In this document: piece by piece, positions 15,350 through 26,010 of the stretch
How the letters are laid out: each line of letters starts with the position of its first letter
Numbering within the stretch: position 1 is the first letter of the stretch
NCBI RefSeq assembly: GCF_009914755.1
Contig: NC_060944.1
Strand: one strand, 5' to 3'
DNA from: the human T2T-CHM13v2.0 reference genome, Homo sapiens
Length of the DNA stretch: 64,000 bases
Translations under genes and position numbers: made by a program
The notes under the pieces: model-generated
What the model saw: the letters and a program-made list of their open reading frames with translations, nothing else
Told to the model about the DNA's origin: nothing
Databases searched by the model: none

Positions 15350-16300
15350 CCACCATGTATTAAGAGAATTATAGACTAGCCATGAAAAGAACAGACAGAG
15401 GCCCTGCTCTTAAGAGCTCACAGTCCTGAGGAAGACCTGGATATAAAGCAGATAGTCACGAATCAAAGATCAAGTTACAAACTGTATTAGGTTTCATAAG
15501 AAATGCAGGGAACAATGTGTCTGGAAGCCAAGGAAGCTGGTGTCATCTGGGAGCGAGGTGAGGCTTCCAGGCACAGAAAACTGCACAGTAAAGGTCCTGC
15601 AGCAAGGAGCAGAGCCTGGCCAAGGATCTGGAAGAAGGTCGGGGGCTGATGTGCAGCCATCATTCCTAGGGTACAGGAAACAGCCTGAGACCTCAAGAGC
15701 TTCCTTGTTGGCATTGGCACAAGGGACCCTCAGACTGTCATCTTCAGCAAGTATCTGATCCAGCTCCTCCTTGAACAGATGGGAGCACTAAGACTCAGAA
15801 AAGAGAAGGGACTTGCCTTAGGCCACATGGCAGAAAAGAGGCCATGGAATTGAACTCAGGATACCCATAATTATCATATAATAATTGTGATTCTTACATG
15901 ATAGGCATCATTATCATATGTAATCATACAATGTCCATAATCCATCTTGACTCAAAATCTTCCCCTCACAGCAGGCTCCTGTCCCCATCTGTCACCACTC
16001 ATTCCCTTGCCTTCGCAGTCTCCATTCTGATGCCCAGAAGAAAGGGGCCTCGCAGCGGGGTGCACCCCTGGCTGAGCCTCACCACGTGCCCTCCAGCTAC
16101 CTCTCCCCAGCCCCTGGGTGCTGGACTCTGTCACTGGCTCCAGCTCTCTCAGGAGGGTCCTTATGCTGCTTCTCCCCAGCAGGACCAAAAATCAGTGAGG
16201 ACTGCCCTTTCCAGGGCTGGGGGCCATGCACAGTTGTTGGTCTTGATGTTTCCAGAAGAAAAAGGCAGTAGTTTTTTTTTTCTCTCTCTCTGTTTTACAG

Positions 16301-16356
16301 CCATAGGTCCATGGAGTCAGCCAACATCCTCCTCTATGAAGTTGGAGGGAATATCA
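16301..16356 (+). CDS. ARHGAP40: ARHGAP40 coding exon (56 nt; HHRSMESANILLYEVGGNI)
   Basis: Long polypyrimidine tract plus acag| acceptor and |gtaagt donor; LYE.GGNI motif shared by ARHGAP18/28/40; phase 2 to 1. Confidence 0.9.
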
Positions 16357-16804
16357 GTAAGTTCCACTGTGGGAAACAGGAACAGAGCCCGGGTCCCTGG
16401 GAGTTCTTCGACCTCAAAGGCTCACTGGGCCCTTCTGTGGGAGGCCAGAGTAGGCCTGCAGATGAGCCCTCCCTTCAGGTCTCTGTCTTCAATGAAACCA
16501 GGTGGAGTCCTGCTGTAAGGTTAAAGGTTAGCCTGTGCAAGTCTTAGGAGCCTATCCTGGAGTTTGGATTTTGCCTAGAGCTGGCCTCAGGCTTGCAGAG
16601 AGATGCAGAAGATTTGTTTAGTGTGAAGGTTCACAGTAGCACCAGTGAAACCGACGCCTCTGGGACACCCTAGCTGGGATGGACTTCATCCCTGGCCTAG
16701 GGGCCAAGGAGTCCTTAAGGAATTCTGCAAACACATATCCAGCTCTGGGAGTTCCCTGGCTCTGTGGGAACCAAGGATGGGCCGCTGTTTCCCTTTGCAT
16801 TCTC

Positions 16805-16952
16805 TAGAGTAATGATCCTCAGACTTTACCAGAACCTCAGGATCCCCTGGAGGGCTAAGACACAGATTGCGGGGCCTAAGAATGTGTGTTTCTGATGAGT
16901 TCCCAGGAGTTGCAGATGCTGCTGGTCGGGGGGCCACACTTTGAGGGCCACT
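16805..16952. mobile_element. MER5A-like hAT DNA transposon remnant
   Basis: gatgctgctggtc...ccacactttgag..ccactg terminus. Confidence 0.6.
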
Positions 16953-17098
16953 GGCCAAGAAGCAGAAGCTAAGACATGTCTTCAGTAGTACACGATGCAT
17001 TGAGGGGGTGCCCCTCAGGAAAAGGGTTCCAAGGGACAGAGTGAAGGAGGATAGGGAAGGGGCAGGGGCCAGGAGTGTTCGCATCCTGGAGCTTGGCC

Positions 17099-17117
17099 TG
17101 ATCCACTAGGTGGCTCT
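17099..17117 (+). promoter_or_regulatory. CTCF motif
   Basis: TGATCCACTAGGTGGCTCT. Confidence 0.6.
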
Positions 17118-17414
17118 AGAGAACAAATCACATCAGAGTTGTTGCATTCTGAGGCAAGGGCACTGGTCTTCAGTACATCTGTGTCCGTCAGTCATCGACC
17201 GTGGGCTTCCCAGGGGAAAGGGGGTGTCACTTTTCTGGCAAGGCATCTTCCCTCAGCGGAGCTCAGTTCTCCAGCAAAAGAAGTAGCTGTGAGCTGTAGC
17301 AGTCAAGATGCATACAGCCAGGGGACAGTGCACTGCCTGGTGAAGGGCTCTGTGCAGGGGAACAGCATCTCCTACAGCCTCCCACTCAACCTCCTTCACC
17401 CCTTCTTCCCACAG

Positions 17415-17506
17415 ATGAGCATCGCCTGGACCCAGATGCCTACCTCTTAGATCTGTACCGTGCCAACCCGCATGGTGAGTGGGTCCTTAAACAGAACCCC
17501 ACCTAA
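17415..17506 (+). CDS. ARHGAP40: ARHGAP40 last coding exon (NEHRLDPDAYLLDLYRANPHGEWVLKQNPT*)
   Basis: ttcccacag| acceptor; family-typical E..LD.D.Y..DLY..NP..EWV.K; TAA at 17504-17506. Confidence 0.92.
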
Positions 17507-18310
17507 ACCCTGCGAGTCTCAGGAGCAGCCTGGATGCCTCCTCCTCTCCCCTGCTGGCTCTGTGTCCATGTACCCAGCATGAGAACAAAGCTATTCCAGG
17601 GGAGGGTCTGAGTTTTATTCCAAGGCTTCCTTTTCTGAAATGCCTCTCAGACCCCTCAGAAATAGACTCAGGGGTGGTGCTCTCTCCACTCAGAGGGGAT
17701 GAGGGGCTAGGGCCTCAGGGAGGGGAGGCCAACACTGTAGCCATGATCAGCCCTGGAAGAACTGGACAGAGGAAGAACTTCCCTTCACAGCTCTCATGTT
17801 TTAACCGTGCACACAATGCCCTCACTCCCCTCCACCCTCCAGCCCTCCAGAGAGTTGCTTCCTACACCAAGCTTGCTGTATGACGCCACCACTTGGGGCG
17901 CTTGGATCTCCATGGGCTTCTGTCTGTGGCTTCCAGACTGGAGGAAAATTAAAAATGCAGTACCTTTATCAAGAGGTAGTTGGGGTCTTTTCCCCCCAGG
18001 CAAAATTGTTTCGAAAGTGGCCCTACAATGTGTAGTAGCAGCAGCACCAGAGACAAAACCAGGAGAGCTCTGTGACCTTGGACAAGCCCCTTGCCCTCTC
18101 AGAATCCTTTCAGGATGAGGGGCTAGGGCCTCAGGGAGAGGAAGCCAAGATTGTAGCCATGACCAGCCCCGGGAGAAATGGACAGAGGAAGACTTTGCTT
18201 CACAGCTCTCATGCTTTACATGTTGATTTGTACAATCTTGTCATTTTGTAATATGATATAATATGTAAACGTAATTGTTTAAACAGTAAAGGCACAACAA
18301 GTTCAATGTC
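17507..18310 (+). other. ARHGAP40: ARHGAP40 3' UTR (end approximate)
   Basis: Follows the stop codon and ends at an AT-rich block with a variant poly(A) signal. Confidence 0.65.
18285..18290 (+). terminator. Putative variant polyadenylation signal AGTAAA
   Basis: AGTAAA with upstream TGTA elements (~18229, 18247, 18264) and a downstream T-rich tract (~18314-18330). ATTAAA at ~17948 is an alternative. Confidence 0.55.
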
Positions 18311-18738
18311 ACATTTACTTTGCCTGTTTTTCTCTCCAGTCCAGTGCTCGGTAGGTGTTGTCCTTCCAGCGAGTTGACGTGGGAGCTTGGTGACGAGAGC
18401 ATCTTGCTGAGCTGCTCAAAGGGCTCTGGCCCATGTGATCCAGCCACGCCTTGAACCCACAACCACCGGGGGCGGGAGGGCAGGAAGAGAACTCAGAATG
18501 GGGAGGCATGGAGTAATGATACCCATTGCTGAAGGGTGGGGGCATTGCAGGGACAGCCTCTCTGGGAATCCTCTCATCTCCTACAGTCCCAGGTCTCACC
18601 CTTCCTCTTCTCCTCTGCCCTGGGTCTGTATCCTCAGGCCAGGTGAGGCTTCGCTTATTTGTTCACTTAACAATGAGTTTACTGAGCATTTAATTATGTG
18701 CCAAGAGGTTCACAAATTTAATCTTCACAATAATCCAG

Positions 18739-19198
18739 TGTTTTCGGTTTGGGTTCCCCCAGAAGCAAAATGTGAGGCAAAGACTCAAATGCAAATAGTG
18801 GTCCTAAGAAATGCAAGAGAGTGGGGATATGAGAGAAAGAGGGGGAGGCAGTCTATAAAAGGGTGCCCAATCACAAGCAAGCTACCACTGGGGGCATCTC
18901 GAGCTTAATTCCACTGGAGAACTCTGAGAAACAGTATGGAAGATGTCCTTCAGAGTTACCCTACCCAAGGGTCAAGGGAGCCAGTGTGTTTATTCAACTC
19001 CTGTGAGTCATTGGTTGACAGCTGCTCCTGAGGAGTATAGGTATTTGTTTCCTGGTACTTCCGCCTGCCAGAGTGCAGGCACAGTGTGCTCCAATACTCA
19101 GAGAAAGCCCTCAAGAAGAGATACAGATACTGGCAAGTAGACATTGGCCACTGTACACAGATGGCAAGTGCTGAAGGGATATGGGTGGGCATCAACAG
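18739..19198. mobile_element. Old MaLR/ERVL-type LTR
   Basis: tgt..ggtttgggttccccc agaagca start and gggatatgggtgggcatcaaca end. Confidence 0.55.
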
Positions 19199-19220
19199 AA
19201 CCTGCTTCATCCTGTGAGGC

Positions 19221-19645
19221 AATGATGGTGAGATACTGATGCTGATGGTGATGGTGATGCTGCTGATGGTGGTGATGGTGATGCTGCTGCTGATGATGAT
19301 GGTGGGGATAATGATGGTGATGCTGCCGATGGTGATGGTGGTGATGATGATGGTGATGCTGCTGATGGTGTTGATGGCGATGCTGCTGATGGTGATGATG
19401 GTGGTGATTACGATGGTGATGCTGCTGCTGCTGCTGGTGGTGATCCTGCTGATGGTTTTGATGGTTATGATGATGGTGATGCTGCTGACGGTGATGATGG
19501 TGATGATGATGATGGTAATGATGATGATGGTGAGGGTAATAATGGTAATGATGGTGATGGCGATGATGGTGATAATAACGATGATGCTGATGGTGATGAT
19601 AATGATGGTGATGCTACTGCTGTTGCCACTGATGATGGTGATGAT
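19221..19645. repeat. Degenerate (GAT/GGT/GCT)n trinucleotide tract
   Basis: Directly visible. Confidence 0.95.
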
Positions 19646-20649
19646 GCCAAGAGCTTGACAAGTTTGATCTTCACAATAATCCAGTATCTTAGTTTGGGCA
19701 ATGATGGTGATGATGGCAGCTGTCACTAAGCAGTTACTACGCACCAGGCATTTTACAGATATTAATTCCTTTGATTCTCACAACAACCCTATGTGACACG
19801 TTATTATTCCCTTTTTATAGGAGAGGAAAAACCAAGGCTCAGAAAGTTAACATTACTTGTCTGCATGGCTGATAAGTGACAGGTTAATCTGGTGTCAAGA
19901 TGCAAGCTCTACTATTTTAGACCATAAATATGAACTGTTTTGCCATAAATACCCATATTTAAAAGTGTTTTGGTAATGGTCACTTCCTCAATGTCCCCTC
20001 TTCCCTCCCTCATCCCACAATACAAATAATCTCAGAATGAGAGAAGGTATTTCTCTTAAACCAAGGAGACCTAGTAAGGAGGGATTGACATTTGTCCTGG
20101 AATTCCTCAATAGAGCATTTGAAGCTTGTAGCTGGTTAAGAGCCTCTGAGCGGCCTCAGTTTCCCTAGCAGCCCCATCTGAAGAGCCAAGATGTGATGAA
20201 GCATGAATTTAGCCTAGCATTAGCCCCACAATCCTATGAGGTGAGTGTTACCATAGTTCCACTTTACAGATGAAGAAACTGAGTTTCAGACAAGTTAAAC
20301 CATGGATTCAAAGTCACACGCAGGGTGAGAAACTTGGATGCCTGATTCCAAATCCAGGGCTTTTTCAGTCACACCATGATTTCCTGAAGCAATATCAAGT
20401 GCCTGATAGGTGACAGCAAGAAGAGTCAAGAACAGCAGTAGGAAAATTGGACAAATTATTTAAGTTGGGGAGATACCAAGGGATTCAGCCAGAGTTGCTA
20501 CTTCTGTTCACCAATGTCCTCTCTACCTCCCATGGTCTACCTACAAGCCTTTTGGACCTCCCTCCAAAATATACTCCAATCCATCCACTTCACTCCTTTG
20601 TTCCTACTACCATCCTAATCCAAACTACTACCATCTCGATGCCTTGGAT

Positions 20650-21550
20650 AATAGTGATCATGATGGTGGTGGTGGTAGTGGCGTTGATGATGGTGATGGT
20701 AATGGTGATGATGGTGGTGGTGGTGATGGAAATGATGATGTTAGTTGTGGTGTTGATGATGGTAATGATAATGATTGTGATGGTGGTGTTGGTGGTGCTG
20801 GTGATGATAATGATGGTGGTGGTGGTGGTGGTGATGATGGTGGTGGTGGTGATGGAAATGATGATGATGTTAGTTGTGGTGTTGATGATGGTAATGATAA
20901 TGATTGTGATGGTGGTGTTGGTGGTGGTGATAATGATGGTAGTGGTGGTGGTGATGATGGTGATGATGATTATGATGGTGTGTTGGTGGTGCTGGTGATG
21001 ATAATGGTGGTGGTGGTGGTGGTGATGGAAATGATGATGATGTTAATTGTGGTGTTGATGATGGTAATGATAATGATTGTGATGGTGGTGTTGGTGGTGC
21101 TGGTGATGATAATGGTGGTGGTGGTGGTGATGGTGATGATGATTATGATGGTGGTGGTGGTGGTGGTGGTGCTGGTGATAGTGGTGGTGGTGGTGCTGGT
21201 GATGATAATGGTGGTGGTGGTGATGATGGTGATGATGATTATGATGGTGGTGTTGGTGGTGCTGGTGATGATAATCATGCTGGTGGTGGTGGCGTTGATG
21301 ATGGTGACAGTAGTGGTGATGATGGTGGTGGTGGTGATGGAAATGATGATGATGTTAGTTGTGGTGTTGATGATGGTAATGATAATGATTGTGATGATGG
21401 TGGTGGTGGTGGTGATGATGGTGATGATGATTATGATGGTGGTGTTGGTGGTGCTGCTGATGATAATCATGGTGGCAGTGGTGGTGATGATGGTGGCGGT
21501 GGTGGTGGTGATGATGGTGGTGGTGGTGGTGACTGATGAGAATGATGATA
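20650..21550. repeat. Degenerate (GGT/GAT)n tract with higher-order repeated blocks
   Basis: Directly visible; the GGAAATGATG..TTAGTTGTGGTGTTG block recurs four times. Confidence 0.95.
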
Positions 21551-22918
21551 ATCTAAAATAGTTAAGAGTTTACATCTTGACACCAGATGGTGCAAGGCCT
21601 TGATGGCCTCCATGCCTCTTAACTGCTCTCCCTTCTTGCTTTCCTCTCTATTCATATATAGCAGCTACTGTGGGCCTTTAAAAATATAAATTCAATCTTA
21701 CTGAAAGCCCTCCTGCTGAAAACTTTCCAGAGGGATCCCATTAAACAAATATCCCAACTCTTTACCCTGGCCTATGAAGCCCTATGTCTGTGACACCACT
21801 TCACTCATACTCCCTCCCACCTTACTTTGCAGAGCCAGTCAGTCACATGAGCCTCCTTCCAACTCCTCAGACATCCCAAGTTCATTCCTGCTTTGGGCTT
21901 TTGCACCTGCTGTTCTCTCTGTCCACAACACTCTTCCCCCAGCTACTTCCATGGCCAGCTCCTTTCGCCTTTGGATCTCAGGTCAGATGTCCCTTCCTTT
22001 GAGAGGCCATCTCTGACTACCCTATCTGAAGTTGCTTCTTCTGTCACTCTCTCTGGAATTGCCTTGGTGAATTTTCTTCCTAGCATTTATTACTATCCTA
22101 AATTATCTTATTGAGTCAGTTTTTTATTTTCTGTCTCCCTGACTAGGATGTAGCCCCATGAAGGCAGAGACTATGTGGGCTTTTCTCACTTCTATGGATA
22201 TGATGGATATGATGTGGATATAATGGTACTAGCAGATGCTCAATAAAAATTGGCTGGATGAATGAATGAATGAATGAATGAATGGATGGATGAATCCCTC
22301 TCTGTCCCTTTGTTTGCTCTGGAAGCTGTTGCCCTTATCACCTTATTTAACTCTCACTTCCCTGGGTTCATGTATGAAAATGAGAAAATGCATCTGAAGT
22401 ACTTATAGCAAGTGCTCAGCCAGTGCTCTCATTATTATTATTAATTATTAACAAAGGCCAGACAGCCTAAAATAGTGACTAATGGTACTATCCTCTTGTG
22501 CTTCCCAGCACCTGCGGTGGTCCCTTTGCACACCTCATTCACTCATTCCCAGGGTCTGGATGACAGGATGCAGTGTGGTTGGAGGGAAAATCCTTTACCC
22601 TTGGCAGGAGGTGAGGCAGGTTCCTCTGTGAGTGCTGAGAGCCCAGGCCCTGCTGTGCTAACTTTGCACTCAGAGTGGGCTGTCAGCCACCAGCAGAGGG
22701 TCCCAGTTTAATCACATGTCAGTTTCTCCATTCATCTTCGGTGCTATCTGAGGGCTCATCTTTTTCTACTCTGTGGCATCGTCATGATTGATGATCCTGC
22801 ACCAGCTCCACCGCCGGGTTAGCTATATTAGCATAGCTCACAGTGGGTGCCCAGCTCCTCCGGGCTCTTTGTGGTCTGGGCCAGCATAGGGTGGCATCAT
22901 GTTTCTCTTAAGGAGCTC

Positions 22919-23310
22919 TGTTGTGAATGGAATCGTGTCCTCCCAAAATTCATATGTTGAATCCCTAATTCTCAAGGTGACTGTGTTTGGTGATAAGGCC
23001 TTTAATGAAGTAATGAAGGTAAAATGAGGTCCTAAGGGTAGCACCCTCATCCAATAGGGCTGGTGTCTTCACAGGAAGAGGAAGAGACACCAGAGCCCCC
23101 TCTCTCTCCCCACGAGAGCAGAGAGGACAGGCGGCGCGAGGACGCAGTGAGGTGGCAACTGTCTGCGAGCTAGGAGAAGCCTCACCAAAACCCACATTTT
23201 CTGGTACCTTGATCTTGGGTTTCCTACCTCCAGAACCGTGAGAAAATAGACTTCTGTTGTTTAAGCCACCCTGTGGTGTTTGTTATAGGAGTCTTAGTAA
23301 GCTAATAGAA
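22919..23310 (+). mobile_element. MLT1A/B-like MaLR solo LTR
   Basis: tgtcctcccaaaattcatatgttgaa...cctccagaaccgtgagaaaata..ttctgttgtttaagccacc. Confidence 0.75.
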
Positions 23311-24526
23311 GCTCCTAGCTGCCTCCATCTTCTGAGAGGAAGGAGGATGGAATTTGTAAAGATGTCTTCAACCAGGAGAGTTTCCTTGGACAAAGGGTGG
23401 AAATGAGCCTCAGCAGGGGCGGACTCTCACCTGGCCCTCAGGTGTGTGCTTTCCTGGGAGAGGCTGCATTTATTGCTATGGGGCTGCAGGTAATTTGCCC
23501 AAACCAAAATTTGCAGGTAATTTGCAAACTGAATCTCTATGCTCCTAGAGATTCAGTTTGCTCTTTCTAGATCACCAAAGAGGATGATGAGGATGAAATG
23601 AGGAAACCTACAGTCACGCAACAATTATATCAAGCACCTACTGTGTGCCTGGCACTGGGCTAGGCTGGGGCCACAGTGATGAGCAAATCAAGGAAGGTCC
23701 CAGCCCTTGTGGAGCTCACAGTCTAGCGAGCGAGAGATATACTAACCTAGAAATGAAAAGATTTTATATTGTAATACAATTCTGCTGAGAAAAGTAAAAC
23801 AGAGACGAGAGAGGACGTGGGGAATGTGGGCGAATCTTTGCTTTGAGGGGCCAGGGAAGGGTCTTAGATTGAGTGCCCTCAGAATCAGACCCTGAACGAG
23901 GAACCAGAGGGCAGGGTGCTTATTTGGGAGGTGATCCCAGAAAGACGCAGTGGAGGAATGGGGAAGTGAGGCGGGGAGGGGAGAAGCCAGTGAAGGTGTG
24001 CTAAAGAGCAGGTTACGGCTTCGGGCAACTGGGACTCCACGCTGCAGGGGTTCCCGGGAAGCCGCGTAGAATACGCCGCTGACACGTGGAGTAAAGAAGG
24101 GAGAGTGTTAACCACCAACCCCCACCACTTACTGGTGGAGGACTACTCCCAGGGCGTTTGCCCCCCGGCATTTCTACCTGGTCCCCCAGGCAGGCTCAGC
24201 ACCCTCCTCTGCCAGAGGAGGATCTAGGCAGAGTCCTAGGTTCTGGCAATAGAAAGCCATCAGCATGGACAGGAGCCATGGGTGCTGGGGTGGGGCAGAT
24301 GTGACCTGTCTGAGGAGGCGACCCTTGAACCGACACCAAAATGATGAGAAGGGGCCAGCCACGGGATGAGCTGGGAGAGGAGCTCTGCAGATAAAAGGAA
24401 GAGAAAGATCTCGGCCAAAGCCCTTGTCGACGCTTTCGTTGTGTGCAGGTCAGAGGGATTGTTGGGACAGCCTGGGCTAAGGGATGAATCAGGTTCCCCA
24501 GGAGCTGAATCAGGTTCCCCAGGAGC

Positions 24527-24573
24527 TCTCTCTAGTCTCTCTCTCTCTTTCTTTCTTTCTCTCTCTTTCTTTC

Positions 24574-24628
<55 letters not shown>

Positions 24629-24647
24629 CTTTCTTTCTTCTTTTCTT

Positions 24648-24681
<34 letters not shown>
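24527..24681. repeat. (CT)n/(CTTT)n microsatellite
   Basis: Directly visible. Confidence 0.95.
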
Positions 24682-24685
<4 letters not shown>

Positions 24686-25199
24686 CCACCCAGACCCCTC
24701 CCTTTGTACCCATCTTCAACGGAGGCAGTGATTGGCTGGCCAGAACTGTGGGCGGGGCCTTTGGGGTCCAATCCTAGGAGGATCTGGGCCATTCATTGGC
24801 CCCTGTGGGAGGTGGGCGAGGTGGAGAAATGGGACCCCCAAGGAGGGAGGTGAGAAGCAGGACAAGTTGACAAATTCCGCAACTACGAATGCCCTCCACT
24901 TCCCTAGTGCTGGAGGACAGGGCTGAGCCCTCTGGCCATTCATTGATGCTCCCATGTCACACTGGTCATGCCTCTTGGTGGCCCGAAGTGGCCTGCCCCC
25001 AACAACTGCAGGTAGCCCCAGGACACAGGGAGCACCAGTCTGGCCTAGTGTCGCAAAGGCCTAGTGCCACAAAGACCACAGTGAGGCCAATTGGCACATG
25101 TGGACCACACAGAGGGGTGCTCTGCCTGTAGTGGCCAAGGTAGTAGTGGAGCCCAGGCCTTGGATGTTCCATTAGGAAGTCCCTAGAGTGCCCTGCGGG

Positions 25200-26010
25200 C
25201 ATCCCCTGGCTTGGCAGCGTCTCAGTGTGGGTCCCCAGAAGCAGGCAGTGAGACAAGGACTCCAGTGAAAGTCATTTATGTGGGAGGCGAAGGAAACAGC
25301 AGCAGGGGAGTGGAGACATGAGACAGGCAAGGGAAGGCGCCAATAAGCAGCGCATCATCAAACCAGCTACCGCATCACACCAGCTACTGCATCACACCAG
25401 CTACCGCATCGCACCAGCTACTGTGTGGGTGACTGGAGCTGAATCCCACTGGGGAACCCAGGGAGACCATGGAGACACTTCTCAGGGTTGGTTACCCCTG
25501 GGAAGCAAGGAAGCAGGAGTATTGAAAAGCCCACTCTGGGCTGGGCACGGTGGCTCACACCTATAATCCTAGCACTTTGGGAGACAGAGGCAAGAGGATC
25601 GCTTGAGTCAAGGAGTTCAAGACCAGCCAGGGCAACAAAGAAGACCCTGTCTCTACAGTTTAAAAACATTAAAAATTAGCTGGATGTGGTAGTACATGCC
25701 TGTGGTCCCTGTTACTCAGGAGGCTGAGGTGGGAGGATCACTTGAGTCCAGGAGGTCAAGGTCGCAGTGGTTGCAGTGAGCCATGATCACATCACTGTAC
25801 TCCAGCCTGGGTGACAGAGCGAGATCCTGTCAAAAAAAAAAAAAAAAAAAAAAGCCCCCATCATGGTCAGTTACTGCTCAAGGCTGCTTTGGGTGGTCAT
25901 ACCCCTGAACGTCCAGCCTGTGTGTGTTGGAGGGAAGACTCCATCCGCGGGACTTGTTGGAGCACACTGAAGTCACAAGCTTGAGAGATCTGGATTGGGT
26001 CGACAGTATC
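25200..26010. mobile_element. Old LTR element interrupted by an AluJ-like element (+, 25539-25853)
   Basis: gggtccccagaagcagg..tgagacaagga motif like the LTR at 18739; Alu with poly(A). Confidence 0.6.

Noticed and set aside
15898-16518. 206-aa + strand ORF
   Set aside because: Crosses the exon 16301-16356 out of frame; no recognisable domain
18956-21561. Long ORFs of 139-305 aa rich in Met/Val, Ile/Thr or Asp/Gly
   Set aside because: By-products of stop-poor trinucleotide tracts; no splice or promoter context
24259-24277. RE1-like ATCAGCATGGACAGG
   Set aside because: Left half-site incomplete and spacing non-canonical
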